This document shows, piece after piece, positions 41,166-54,093 of a stretch of DNA of 64,000 nucleotides. The translations under genes and the position numbers were made by a program. Location: assembly GCF_030028105.1 (NCBI RefSeq), contig NC_092379.1:19755309-19819308 (forward strand), given 5' to 3'. The first letter of the stretch is position 1; every line of letters starts with the position of its first letter. Below the pieces are notes generated by a model. The model did not search any database, was not told where the DNA came from, and saw only the letters and a program-made list of their open reading frames with translations. The DNA is from Mobula birostris. Lineage: Eukaryota.

Positions 41166-41387
41166 TTTATTGAACTTGGATCGGTACATTGACACATACA
41201 AAGATTTAATACATTGTGCAGTCCCACACAGGGTTGAAATCCATTCAAATGTGGCACAGGAAGGTTTGAGAATGTACACACAAACTCAGAGATTTGTGCT
41301 GAATCATGTTTGTTGTTTAATTTGGTTCTTGACCTTATTTTCATTTTTAATTATTTTAAAAGGCCTAGGCTTTTATCATGTTTTAAT
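41166..41387 (-). terminator. Candidate polyA signals of the long secretory mRNA
   Basis: ATTAAA at 41382-41387 and 41346-41351, AATAAA at 41166-41171, all downstream of the stop at 41466. Which is used cannot be told from sequence. Confidence 0.45.
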
Positions 41388-41465
41388 CAGTTAAATAATC
41401 CTCTCTGATAATTAACAATCATAAGACTAACAAAACTAGGGTTTCATGGATTGAATCACACAGTA

Positions 41466-41851
41466 TTACACACAAGATTTAAAACTATCAGTCAGAACAA
41501 GTGAGACATTGACCAGGGTGGGTTTGCTGTGAGATTTATTGATGCTTCGGAACAGGTTGGTTGGGAGCGACTCATGACCCACCACACAGGAGAAAGTGGT
41601 GCCGCTATTCCACTCCTCAGGAGAAACCTTCAGCTGACTGGTCATTGTGTTCCAGCCTTTTCTGGGGTCCTTGGCCACTGGCTGGTTCACAAACCCCGTC
41701 TTCAGAAGGGTGTCATTGGCCATCCAGGCCACATAGATCTCTGCGGGAGAGAACTTGGTGACCAGACACATCAAGGTCACAGTCTGATCGATGTCTACCT
41801 CATCCGATGAAGGAGGGAGGAGGTAGACCTGAGGACGAGTCACAACACCAC
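41466..41851 (-). CDS. IgW: IgW terminal C exon (CH6) with secretory tailpiece
   Basis: Acceptor ctctctgttccag; GGVVTRPQVYLLPPSSDE...LMCLVTKFSPAEIYVAW...FSCVVGHESL; tailpiece KPTLVNVSLVLTDSFKSCV* with N-V-S sequon and penultimate Cys. Confidence 0.93.
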
Positions 41852-42503
41852 CTGGAACAGAGAGAATCTCATTTAGAATGAATCTTCCAATAATTCCCTA
41901 CTTACCCGGCACATTGTGGTCTTGTACCAATATGAACAATTTCTAAATCTGAGAGGCTTCACTTGATCTGAAACTAAAGGCTTTTCCCTTTCTGCTCATT
42001 GTTGGGAGTTGTGGAGTGGAAATCTTGGACCTGCTGCATTTTACAACTCCCAGTGAGGCTGGTCTATTCAGTTTAATCAGTGGGAGTCACTGAACACAGC
42101 AACTCAACAGAAAGTGGAACTCAGCCCCTGGACTTGCATCATCCTGTGCTGTTTGTTCCATCTCACCTGGAGCAGGGGTGGCAGTCTAAGCTGTGTACGT
42201 GTGAGAGGGAGTGAGAACCTGTGGAACTGTCTCCCACAGAAAACACTTGAAGAATTATCATCTAACATATTCAAGAATGGGTTGTATATACTTCTTCAGG
42301 TGAAAGTGTCAAAGGATATCTGGGGATAACAGGAACAAGGATTGAATTTCGATGATCAGCCGAGACCAGATTGAATGGTTGAGCAGATCGAGAGACCCAA
42401 TGGCCTGCTCCTGTTCTCATTTTCTATAGTCTATCACAGTGCTGGATTATGATAAATCTGTCAAATTGCTATCAGACTCACACTGAAGTCTGTCCACACG
42501 TAC

Positions 42504-42824
42504 CTGTGTCCTTCCTGATTGATTTCTTCACCGGTGTTGGCAAACCCTTGTCCTCTATCACACACGAGTACTCAGCCCCACTGTTCCACTCTGCAGCAGG
42601 GACTGTCAGTCTGCTGGTGATCACGTCTTCACCTCCGTTGCTGTCTGGACCCAGAGTCCTCACCCCATCTTCCCTCTTCCTTCCGTCCACTTGCCAGGTT
42701 ACACTGAATCCCTGTAAATCACTGTGAACCACCTCACACACAATGGTCGCTGTCCTCTTCGTCCAGATCTCTTCGAAGGGAGGTTTACTTAAAGTGACTG
42801 AGGGGCGGGTATCTGAACAGTCAT
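42504..42824 (-). CDS. IgW: IgW CH5 exon (only intact copy)
   Basis: 321 nt, phase 1/1, donor G|GTACGT: DDCSDTRPSVTLSKPPFEEIWTKRTATIVC...W...YSCVIEDKGLPTP. Confidence 0.92.
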
Positions 42825-44135
42825 CTGGGAGAAACATCACAATTATTATTTCACCATTCCCCAATGGATGAGTTTGTCACCGACAAGACCAGCATTTCCT
42901 GTTCATCTCTGGTCAATGATTTGCCAGTCCCATCAAGATGAGATGAGACCAATCTACATTGGTGAAGAAAGGAATCTCCCTTATTGAGCAGACAGGGTAA
43001 ACACCCTGAGGGAACGTGAATGAACAAGATCGACCCTTAGATCGTTTTTGTACTTCCATGGTCACTTAAACTGTTACCAGCAACTTATTAAAACAAATAC
43101 AGAAAATACGCAGTATTTCAGAGAGTGTCTGTGGAACAGGAAACAGAGCAAAGTTTTCCATAAAAATATTGCAGAAAATACACTTCATATTTCAAAATTT
43201 AAGTATGAGAAATATTTAGTTTCAGTCACAAATATTGAAAAGCACTCTTTTTCTCTATTAGGTGTACTAAAAATTTGCTGCTGCATTGTCAGAATGTTGT
43301 GTATTTAAGCCGCCCTCCAGAGGCTTCTACACATTGTCCAGGCTAACAATTCCCACACAGGAGCAGAGGGAGAGCTGCTCTGCTGGAAATTCAGTCACAG
43401 CAAAGGCACGAGTCAGAGGCTGGGATTATGTTCAAAGGCAGAGGGAGAGAACATTTTGAAGACAAGTATCAGGGATCTCTAGAGTACCTGCGCAATGAAA
43501 TGATCTGGATTCCCCTCAAGTTATTAAAACATTTTCTTAATACAATTATTTCTGTGGTGAAGTTCTGAACGATGTTGGTTGAGAGCAGAAAACAACCAAT
43601 AATTGTCCGATTTAAGTGGGAAGCAAGATTAAAAAGATGAAGACGTTGAGGCTCAGGCAATGGAAGTTCCGGTATCCTGCTCACTACTCTATGTGGCTTC
43701 ACTCGCCTCGGCGCTGAACTGACTCTGCAGCTGCGGCCTGCAGCCATCGGCACTCACCTCAGCACCGAGCCTGGCTCCATGGCCGTGGCCTGCAGCCATC
43801 GGTCTCCTGGACCAGTTGTAGTGCTGAACTGGCAACGTGGCTGTGGATTTGTTTGAATTTTTTTTATCGTTTACACAATTTGTTCTTTCCTTTTCACACA
43901 TTGGATGTTTGACTCTGTATTCTATTGTGTTTCTTTGTTTTGTGGCTGCCTGCAAGAGGAGAATCTCAAGGTTGTATATGGTGCACAGACTTTGATAATA
44001 AATGTACTCTGTACTTTGAACTTTATCAGTTCACTGACATAACTAAACCAGGGCTGCACCACGATTCAGTGCTGACCTTGAATTAATAGCACAATGTAAA
44101 CAATTTCAATAATGGGGTGGGTCCCAGGAACCTAC

Positions 44136-44453
44136 CTTGGACACTTTTCACTTGCTTCTTGATACTGCTGTTGGAGGGGGGATGAATGACTGTACAGCTG
44201 AAGACTGATTCTGTCTTCCACTCCTGTAAACTCACGGTCAGGAAGTGTCTGGCACTGAAAGTCCACCCCTGCTCCAGAGCGGTCGGTGTCGCGCTGGTGT
44301 TGGAGGTGATCACGGTGCTGTCTTTCTCCCAAGTGACAGTTATTTCATCCGGGTAGAATCCAGAGACCACACACTCCAGTGTGGCTGTTTTCCAATTCTT
44401 TGTCTCTTCCTGAGGTGGAGGCAGCAGTCTGACTTTGGGACTTTTTATCTCAA
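44136..44453 (-). CDS. IgW: IgW CH4-type exon, copy e
   Basis: 318 nt, phase 1/1, open, donor G|GTAGGT. Confidence 0.9.
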
Positions 44454-44541
44454 CTGGAATAGACAAGTAAACAAAGGAAATGTGAAACATTTTGACTCAG
44501 GTAACTAATGCTGGCCATTTAATCGCTGGTCTCTTGCCCAC

Positions 44542-44844
44542 CTTTAGTACTATTGGTGCGTGCTGACACTGGGGAAGATGAAGGAGATTCCTGAGCGGAG
44601 CACTCATACTCCACCCCACTGAACCACTCCTCCACACTGATCTGGAATTCACTGAGCACTCTGTATCGGGACCCGTCCATCTCCACTGGGTGGGTGTGAA
44701 TTCCTTTAGTTTTCTCCTTCCCGCCCACGTGCCAAGAGATGTGGATATCTTCGGGATCTGTACAGATAACTGTGCACTTCAGGGTAGCAGTCTCGTCGAT
44801 CCACATCTCTTCAATGTCGGGATTTTGAATAAATACAGACAGTT
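44542..44844 (-). CDS. IgW: IgW CH3-type exon, copy e
   Basis: 303 nt, phase 1/1, open, donor G|GTGGGC. Confidence 0.9.
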
Positions 44845-45847
44845 CTGTGGGTTAGAAATGGAAATGCTCAGAATCGTACTGGAGATATTTCCATTGGTTG
44901 TGTTAGGTCCAGGCAGATCATCAGTACTTGACAGCTGCATTTAATGCAAACAGAATAACAGAAACACCCGGGGCTGAGTCACGTGTCTCATATTCCTATA
45001 AGTTTGATTGAGAAAAGAAATTCAGAACAAAGGATATGCTAACGAGGTTTCGAATCCCTTTCTAATAACTGTACCAATCGGTTCACTGTGAGATGGAGCT
45101 CTGTGAGACAGAGAAGCATGCAGATTTCTCAGCAGAGACACAGCTCAGTATATTCTTTGCTTGGAGACTCAGTGCCATTGATTAGTAACAATGAACACTG
45201 TGAATCAATGAGAATCCCTTTCTCCATCTGGGCTGAGCCTGGGATTCACTCAGTTTAATAACTTCACATCCCGACATTCCAGTCTCACTGTGACTGCACC
45301 TCTCCTCATCTCTGCAACCTTCACAGCTCATACAAACTTCAGACAGCATTGTATTCTTTCAACTCTGCTCACTCATACACCTGCACTACTCCTGCTGGTG
45401 CCTGTGGTTTTAGCATTCTTGCTGACAAACACTGAAGCCTCTGTCTCTCTTGAAATGAGCAGCCATGGTCAGAATGTATCCATAAGTTAGGGACTGATGA
45501 ACTGGCAACATGGGTTCAAATCCCAACCCGGTGGATGGGAGTTTAAATTCAATTCAGAAATGCCTTCTGGAGTAAAATGAAGACTCTGGAAGAATTTGTA
45601 GTGTTATTTGCTGTGGTAACTTCTGAAAAGAAATCTCATCTGGGCTGGCTGCTATGTGATTCCAGACCTGCAGCAATACAGCTGAACCTGAATCACCATC
45701 AGGAATGAGCCAGCAAGTCCCACTGTTCAAGAGCAATCAGTGATTGATAGGAAATGGTAAATTAAATAAATAGCCCTTTGTTCAGGTTACTGTCACTCTT
45801 GTGTGATTACACTCAAGTGAAGTTGTTGAGGTCGTCTCCCAATGCAC

Positions 45848-46465
45848 TGTTGGCCAGAAAGAACTACCATCTATAGATCAGTGAATTTGGACCAGGGATC
45901 ATTTCCAAATAAGAAGACACATGCGAGATGTTCTTTGGTTGGATATAACATGCAGGTCTGTGACTGTTGGGGTCTGTCTCTGCCTTGTGTGATCAAGCTG
46001 ATTGCCGATTGAGAACAAAGAGCCATAGATTACTAGATGTCATTCCTCGATCAGAGCCAATAAGAAGGTGTTAGAGGTCAATCAGGTGACTATAGCCAAT
46101 ATCACTGGAATGTAACATTTGAATTAGTAAGGAATGAACTTAAAAGCAGGTGCTTCAAGTGTGCTGGCAGCAGTGGCTCTGTAGGAGATTCACTTTCGTG
46201 GATATGAGGTGCCTCACGGATGTGGAGATTCAAAATGGGGCACCAAGGAACACGTGGCTAGCAGTAAAATCTCCTTTTTGACTGGTATAATCTTTTTAAT
46301 ATTTGACTGTTCATGGAAGGTCAGGGAAACTCAGCAGGTGTGCACACAGGTATTGGTTGTGTAAGTTCACATGTTCTTGCATTGAGACAATAAAGGTATT
46401 TGTCGGTAAATCCAATTCTCTCTGTGCCTCCCTGATCATTATTACAAGAGATGATATTTGTAACA
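45848..46465 (+). mobile_element. Solo LTR in the duplicated intron
   Basis: tgttgg...gtaaca termini, CCAAT motifs, AATAAA near 46390, flanks gcac/tcac; the empty site is visible at ~60601 in the paralogous intron. Confidence 0.75.
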
Positions 46466-47494
46466 TCACTATTGTCTGTTGACTTACATTGCAGCTCTCT
46501 GCACCTTGTGTACACCATTTACACACTCGGTCACCTTCAGGCAGGTGGGGTGTTTTTGCTCTTTGACATTTAGTGTGGAGGCTGATTGTGTTTGTGTCAC
46601 AGTTGAGACCTTCAATGAGACTGTGAGTCAGTGTCTTTGTCTGAAGAAAGAGCAGATGTAACACACACGGTTCCAGTCTGACTGGGACGGATCATCTGAC
46701 AAAGTATGATATGTATTTCTCAACATTCCTCATTTCAGAAAGATTATGAGCGATTTTCTTTTAAAACAGAAAATCTGTGGGTGTAGTCTAGATGATCATT
46801 GTTGTCGTGTAATATCATAAATATGCAAACCTAGGTGTACACTGAAGGGTCACTGAATTATGAACCTCAGTTTAATCAGCACTGTGATGTTGTTAAGCGT
46901 GTTTTCTGCAGTTTTCTCAGTTGTGTCCGATATCAGCACAGTCTTGAGGTTCAGCAGTCCCTGGGAAATGTGATCCCCACATAAAACCTGACAGAGTCAG
47001 GATCGCTCCCCTTATTGCTGAATGCTGGCATTATTCCACAAGAAGCATATAATTCTATCAATGCTTGGGTAGTTCTAACAAAACATTCTCCTTTCTGACA
47101 TTCCTTGGGATCACTGAGTTTTCCTCTTGGACTGAATTCGGTGCCTGGCACGTGGATCAATGTAACTTCAGCAATTTGTCTGGTCCAGGATTTACACACA
47201 GAGCATGCCAGATTGGACAGGAGGCTGGTTGGACCCCAGTGTCTTGTCTCACCAATTTATCTTGTGCACAACATTTTCAAAGGGTCATGGTCCTTTGACT
47301 GAGCAAATTTGGAATTTCAGCCCTGTTCACCTTCATCACCTCGTGCCTCACAGCCATCGGGTGAAAAACAGGTTCCAGTTCTTGCTGACTGGAGTCAGAC
47401 AGGAGGGAATCTGGCCAAGGAAACTGGAATTGGGATCTGAGTCACACTGAAGCAACAATGTATACAAATGAATGAGTGTATGGACAACCAGAAA

Positions 47495-48075
47495 CACAAG
47501 AGATTCTACAGATGCTGGAAATCTTGAACAACACACACAAAATGCTGGAGGAACTCGGTAAGTCAGGCAGCATCTGTGGATGGAAATAAACAGTCAATAT
47601 TTTGGGCCGAGAGATTCCACTGGTACTGGAAAGGAAGTGGGCAGAAGCCAGAGTAAGAAGGTGGGTGGAGCAGAGAGGAATACATTCTGTCAGGTGAGAG
47701 GTGAGACCAGGTGAGGGGGAAAGTGTGTGGACGGGGGAGGCAGTATGAAGTAAGAAGCTGGTAGGGATAAGTGGAAGAGATAAATGACTGAAACAGAAGG
47801 AGTCTGACAGGATAGTGGACCATGGAGGAAAGTGCAGGAGGAAGGGAACCAAATGGAGATGATGGGCAGGTGAGAAGTGTAGGGATGAGGGTGTATCTAG
47901 TATGGGGAATAGAACAAAAGGGAGAATAAAAGAGTTGGGGGGGGGGGTTACTGGAAGTTGCAGAAATCTGTATTCGTGCCATCAGGTAGGCAGGTATCTG
48001 GATGGAATATGAGGTCCTGACTTTGGCCTCCCCCTGGCAGTAGAGAAGGAAATGGACAGACATGTCAGAATGGGA
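47495..48075 (-). mobile_element. Penelope-like 3' fragment (paralog at ~61612-62195)
   Basis: Remnant LIFHLDTCLPDGTNTDFCNF and terminal motif gatgctggaaatc...aaaatgctggaggaactc. Confidence 0.65.
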
Positions 48076-49791
48076 ATGGGAAGTCAAATTGAAATAGCAG
48101 GACACAAGGATATTGAAAAGTCAAATTGAAATGTGGAGGGGAGAGGTAGTCATTTTAAATAACGTATTTTCATCACTGTCTGTGAAACTTCCATCCCAAT
48201 GGATACCAGAGACAGGTCTGGAATCCAGTAAGTGGATTGTAAAAGAATTCATTGATGAATTGTACACAGCCAATCACCTTATTTCACACTTTCCTGCTGA
48301 ACAATGATACTGTTGGGTAGAACCATCGGAGAATGTTGCATTGAGATTACTCTGGTAAAAGAACATTGGCACAGGCTCCGAAAAACAGCTGGGACATTTT
48401 CTCACCATGTCAGCAGAGGAGGCCATGGACAGACATGTCAGAATGGGACTGGGAAGCCAAATTGAAATAGATGGCCATGAGGATATTGGAAAGTCAAATT
48501 GAATTTTGGAGGGGAGAGACAGTTTAAATCACGCGTTTTCTTCTCTAGCAAACGTCCATTCCAAAGGATTCCAGCGGCAGGTCTGGAACCCTGTAAATGG
48601 ATTGTAAGGAAATTCATTGATGAATTTTATAGAGAACCAATCACTTTATTTCACACTTTCCCGCCGAACAATGGTACTGTCGGGTAGAACCATCTGAGAA
48701 TGTGGCATTGAGATTACTCTGGTAAAAGAACATTGGCGCACTCTCTGAAAAACAGCGGGGACAGTTTCCACCTGGAAATAGAAAATTCATTAATGTCAGC
48801 ATTAAATATTTTCACCTCTTTTCCTGTGCTTGGAAAAAAGAGAGCCCCACATATTCCCACTCTCTATTCTCTGTATTGCATCCTATTGGGATGAGGTTAT
48901 GTCAGCCATGATAAATGAATATGCTCTCTGAACCTGGCTGAGGATCTGAGGACACAAGATCACAATATTTACTTGAGGATTGGGCATCAATTCAAAAATA
49001 ATCCAGGCACCTACATTACAGTGAGTGGACAATCGACAGAAGAGTCTCTCAGGAAACACTGGAAACAAGACTCTGGAGAGTGAAACAAATACAAAATTGC
49101 AATGATATGTTTTTGAGGAACTGACACTGAAGAGACAGTGAAAAGGGAAAGTGGAGATTTTCTCCAGATGGTAAAGCATGGGCGTGAGCTTTGCGCACTA
49201 ACTTATTTTCATTATAACTGGAGAGACAACTAAAATTATTGAGACAGAATGGGCAGGTGACCTAATCTTACAACTTTTCTGCCCAGTAGATGGGGTTAAA
49301 ACTTCTCGATGAGGCTTCACTCACCTCAGCACTGAACTGACTCTGCAGCTGCGGCCTGCAGCCATCGGCACTCACCTCAGCACTGAGCCTGGCTCCACGG
49401 CCGTGGCCTGCAGCCATCGGACTCCTGGACCGGTTGCAGTGCTGAACTGGCAACGTGGCTGTGGATTTACTTCAGGGGACTCTGCGGTTCAGGTTCTGTG
49501 GATTGTTTTTTTGAATATTTTTATTGTTTGCACAATTTGTTCTCTTTTTTCACACATTGGATGTTTGACCCTGAATTCTAGTGTATTTCGTTGTTTTGTG
49601 GCTGCCTGCAAGAAGAGAATCTCAAGGTTGTGTATAGTGCACATACTTTGATAATAAATGTACTTTGTACTTTGAACTTTATCAGTTCACTCACATAACT
49701 AAACCAGAACTGCACCGTGATTTAGTGCTGACCTTAAATTAATTGCACAATGTAAACAATTTCAATAATGGGGTGAGTCCCAGGACCCTAC

Positions 49792-50109
49792 CTTGGACGT
49801 TCTCCACTTGCTTCTTGATACTGCTGTTGGAGGGGGGATGAGTCACTGTACAGCTGAAGACTGATTCTGACTTCCACTCCTGTAAACTCACGGTCAGGAA
49901 GTGTCTGGCACTGAAAGTCCACCCCTGCTCCAGAGCGGTTGGTGTCGCGCTGGTGTTGGAGGTGATCACGGTGCTGCCTTTCTCCCAAATGACATTTATT
50001 TGATCCGGGTAGAATCCAGAGACCACACACTCCAGTGTGGCCGTTTTCCAATTTTTCATCTCTTCCTGAGCTGGAGGCAGCAGAGTGACCTTGGGACTTC
50101 TTATCATGA
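49792..50109 (-). CDS. IgW: IgW CH4-type exon, copy d
   Basis: 318 nt, phase 1/1, open, canonical splice sites. Confidence 0.88.
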
Positions 50110-50197
50110 CTGGAATAGAAAAGAAAACAAAGGAAATGTCAAACATTTTGACTCAGGTAACTAATGCTGGCCATTTAATCGCTGGTCTTTTACCCAC

Positions 50198-50500
50198 CTT
50201 TGGTACTATTGGTCCGTGCTGACACTCGGGAAGATGAAGGAGATTCCTGAGCAGAGCACTCGTACTCCACCCCACTGAACCACTCCTCCACACTGATCTG
50301 GAGCTCACTGAGGACTCTGTATCGAGCTCCGTCCATCTGCGGTGGTTGTTCGACAATTCCTTTAGTTTTCTCCTTCCTGCCAACATGCCAAGAGATGTGG
50401 ATATATTCTGGATCTGTACAGATAACTGTGCACTTCACGGTAGCGGTCTTGTGGATCCACATCTCTTCAATGTTGGGATTTTGAATAAAGACAGACAATT
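50198..50500 (-). CDS. IgW: IgW CH3-type exon, copy d
   Basis: 303 nt, phase 1/1, open, canonical splice sites. Confidence 0.88.
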
Positions 50501-50642
50501 CTGTGGATTAGAAATTGAAATGCTCAGAATCTTACTGGAGATATTTCCATTGGTTGTGTTAGGTCCAGGCAGATCATCAGTACGTGACAGATGCATTTAA
50601 TGCAAACAGGATAACATAAAAACCCAGGGCTGAATCACTTGG

Positions 50643-50859
50643 CAGTCTGCTGGTGATCATGTCTTCACCTCTGTTGCTGACTGGACCCAGAGTCCTCACC
50701 CCATCTTCTCTCTTCCTCTGTCCAGCTGCCAGGTGACACTGAATCCCTGTAAATCACTGTGAACCACCTCATACAGAATGGCTGTTGTCCTCTTCGTCCA
50801 GATCTCTTCAAATGAAGGTTTACTTAAAGTGACTGAGGGGTGGGTATGTGAACAGCCAT
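50643..50859 (-). pseudogene. Truncated CH5 pseudo-exon c
   Basis: 5' two-thirds of CH5; first canonical Cys changed to Tyr, -1 frameshift, no donor. Confidence 0.85.
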
Positions 50860-51315
50860 CTGGGAGAAATTATTATTTCACCATTCCCCAATGGCTGAGT
50901 TTGTCACTGACAAGACCAGTATTTCCTGTTCATCTCTGTTCAACGATATGCCAGTCCCAAGAAGATGAGATGAGAATAATGTACATTGGTGAAGAAATGA
51001 ATCTCCCCTGTTGAGCAGACAGGGTAAACACCCTGAGGGAAAGTAAATGAACAAGATTGACCATCACATTGTTTTTGCAGTTTCATGGTCGCTTAACTGT
51101 TACCGGACGCTTTTTAAAACAAATACAGAAAATACCCAGAATTTCAGTGTGTGTCTGTGGAATTGGAAATGGAGTAAATTTCATGTAAAAAATTCCACAA
51201 AATTCACTTCTTATTTCAAGTTTTAAGTATGAGAAATATTTAGTTTTTGTTACAAATATTAAAATGCACTTTTTTTCTCCATTAGGTGTATCTAAAATTT
51301 GCTGCTGCTTTGTCA

Positions 51316-53262
51316 TCGGGCCAACTCAGAGCAAGACAGCACCATTGAAAACTATAACAGGCGAGACCATCAATGACAAAGGCAAGTAGATGGAGAGATG
51401 GGTGGAGCATTACTTTGAACTCTTCTCCAGAGAAAACAGCATTTCAGACAGCACGCTAGATGCTGTGGAATGCCTGCCTGTCATGGAGGAACTTGATGCA
51501 TTGCCGACTGCCGAAGAGTTGAGTAAAGCCATCGACAGCCTGCCCACTGGGAAGGCACCAGGATTGGGTGGCATTTCACCAGAGGCCATCAAATGTGCAA
51601 AGGGTGTCCTGCTAAACCACCTGCATAAACTACTGTGCCAGTGCTGGATAGAGGGAGCAGTGCCACAAGACATGGGAGACTGCAACGTTGTCACCATATA
51701 TGGGAACAAAGGGGACAGAAGAGACTATAACAACTTCAGGGGAATCTCCTTGCTGAGCACCGTTGGGAAGGTCTTCGCCCGTGTGGTCCTGAACAGACTG
51801 CAGAAAATAGCCAAAAGGGTATATCTCGAGTCTCAGTGCAGTTTCAAGTCAGAACGCTCCACAATCGACAGGATCTTCTCCCTTTGACAATAACAAGAGA
51901 AATTGCAGAGAGCAAAGACAAACACTCTACGTCTCTTTCATTGACCTTACGAAGGCCTTCGACCTTGTGAGCAGAGACGGCCTGTTCAAAATCCTTGCCA
52001 GGATTGGTTGTACCCCGAGGCTCCTCAGGATAGTTCAGTCATTCCACACAGACATGAAGAGCATTATTCAGTTTGACGGCTCTTCTTCGGAGGCCTTCAA
52101 CATCCACAGCGGTGCGAAACAAGGCTGTGTGCTTGCCCCCACCCTGTTTGGCATCTTCTTCGTAGTCATGCTGAAGCACGCCTTTGGAACATCAACTGAT
52201 GGTATCTACCTCCACACCAGATCGGACTGGAGGCTGTTCAGTCTGTCCCGGCTGAGGGCGAAAGCCAAGGTTCGTTAAGTACTCATCAGGGACATGTTGT
52301 TTGCAGACGACGTGGCACTGACAACACGCTCTGAAGAGCAATTGCAACGCCTCATGGACAGCTTCTCAAGAGCTGCCAGGATTTCAGCTTGACCATCAGC
52401 CTGAAGAAGACCAACATGTTGGGCCAAGGCGTTGAGCACCCCTTGCCATTACCATCAACAACTACGAGCTGGAGGTAGTTCACAAGTTTACATTTCTAGG
52501 CTCCACCATCACGGACAGTCTCTCCCTAGACCCCGAGATCAACAGATGGATTGGACGAGCAGCCTCAACATTCACCAGGCTGACAAAGGGAGCCTGAAAG
52601 AACAGAAAGCTGATGACGCACACCAAGGTTGCAGTCTACAGGGCCTACATCCTCAGCACACTGCTTTACGGCAGTGAGACCTGGAGCCTCTACTACAGAC
52701 AAAAGAGGCGTCTCAATGCTTTCCACCTTCGCAGCCTGAGATCCATCCTGGACATCAAGTGGACTGACCTAGTCACCAACAATTAGGTCCTGGCCCACGC
52801 CCAGATACCCAGCCTCTTCACCCTGCTACAACAACGCTGTCTCCGCTGGCTGGGCCACGTACACCGCATGTCAGACGGGAGGATCCCGAAAGACCTGCTG
52901 TATGGGGAACTGGCCTCCGGCAAGAGAGCACAAGGGTGACCCCATCTTCGTTTCAAAGATGTCTGCAAGAGAGACATGAAGTCACTGAACATGAACGTCG
53001 AGAGGTGGGAAATCTACGCAGAGGTCTAAAAAGAGGAGAGAGAAGCTGAGGCTTGCTGCTGAAGAAAAGTGCACTCGTCGGAAAAACAGCACCAAGACAA
53101 TACTAGAGGACAGTGCCTTCAAGTGCAGTCGCTGCCGCTGAGACTGTCACTCCCGTGTGGGCCTCTACAGCCACAACAGACACTGCTCTACCAACACAGA
53201 CTAAAGCAATACATTCCGGGCGCAGATCCAAGGTCTCGCGAGACTAACGGATGCCACCAATC
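51316..53262 (+). mobile_element. 5'-truncated RTE-clade LINE
   Basis: GKAPGLGGI, NFRGISLLSTVGKVFAR, GAKQGCVLAPTLF, MLFADD; gtca duplicated at 51312-51315 and 53263-53266; empty sites in paralogous introns (e.g. ~55610). Confidence 0.92.
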
Positions 53263-54093
53263 GTCAGGATGTTGTGTGTTCAAGCCGCCCTCCAGAGACG
53301 CATTGACCAGGCTGACTATTCCCACACAGGAGCAGAGGGAGAGCTACTCTGCTGGAAATTCAGTCACAACTGAGGCACTAATTGGAGGCTGGGATTATGT
53401 TCAAAGGTAGAGGGAGGGAGAATTTTGAAGACAAGTATCAGGAATCTCCAGAGTGCCTGTCAGTGAAATGATCCGGATTCCCCTCAAGTTATGAAAGTAT
53501 TTTCCGGGATACAATTATTTCTTTGGTGAAAGTCTGGATTATGTTGGCTGAAAGTGGAAAACAAACCTAAGAGGGGATAATTTTATCACCTAAGCAGATT
53601 AAAAAGATGAAGACTTGACACCAAAAGTGAAGGCCGAACTGCCGTTCATCTTACTACTCTATGAGGCTTGACTCGCCTCAGCACTGAACTGACTCTGCGG
53701 CTGTGGCCTGCAGCCATCGGTCTCCTGGACCGGTTGCAGTGCTGAACTGGCAACCTGGCTGTGGATTTACTTCAGGGGGCTCTGCGGTTCAGGTTCTGTC
53801 AATTGCTTTTTTGAATATTTTTATTGTTTGCACAATTTGTTCTTTTTTTTTCACACATTGGATGTTTGACCCTGAATTCTATTGTATTTCGTTGTTTTGT
53901 GGCTGCCTGCAAGAAGAGAATCTCAAGGTTGTATATGGTGCACAGACTTTGATAATAAATGTACTTTGTACTTTGAACTTTATCAGTTCACTCACATAAC
54001 TAAACCAGAACTACACTGTGAATTTAGTGTTGACCTTGACTTCATAGCACAATGTAAACAATTTCAATAATGTGCTGAGTCCCAGGACCCTAC

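Noticed and set aside
41535-41540. AATAAA within CH6 as a polyA signal
   Set aside because: It lies in coding sequence (I-N-K) upstream of the tailpiece.
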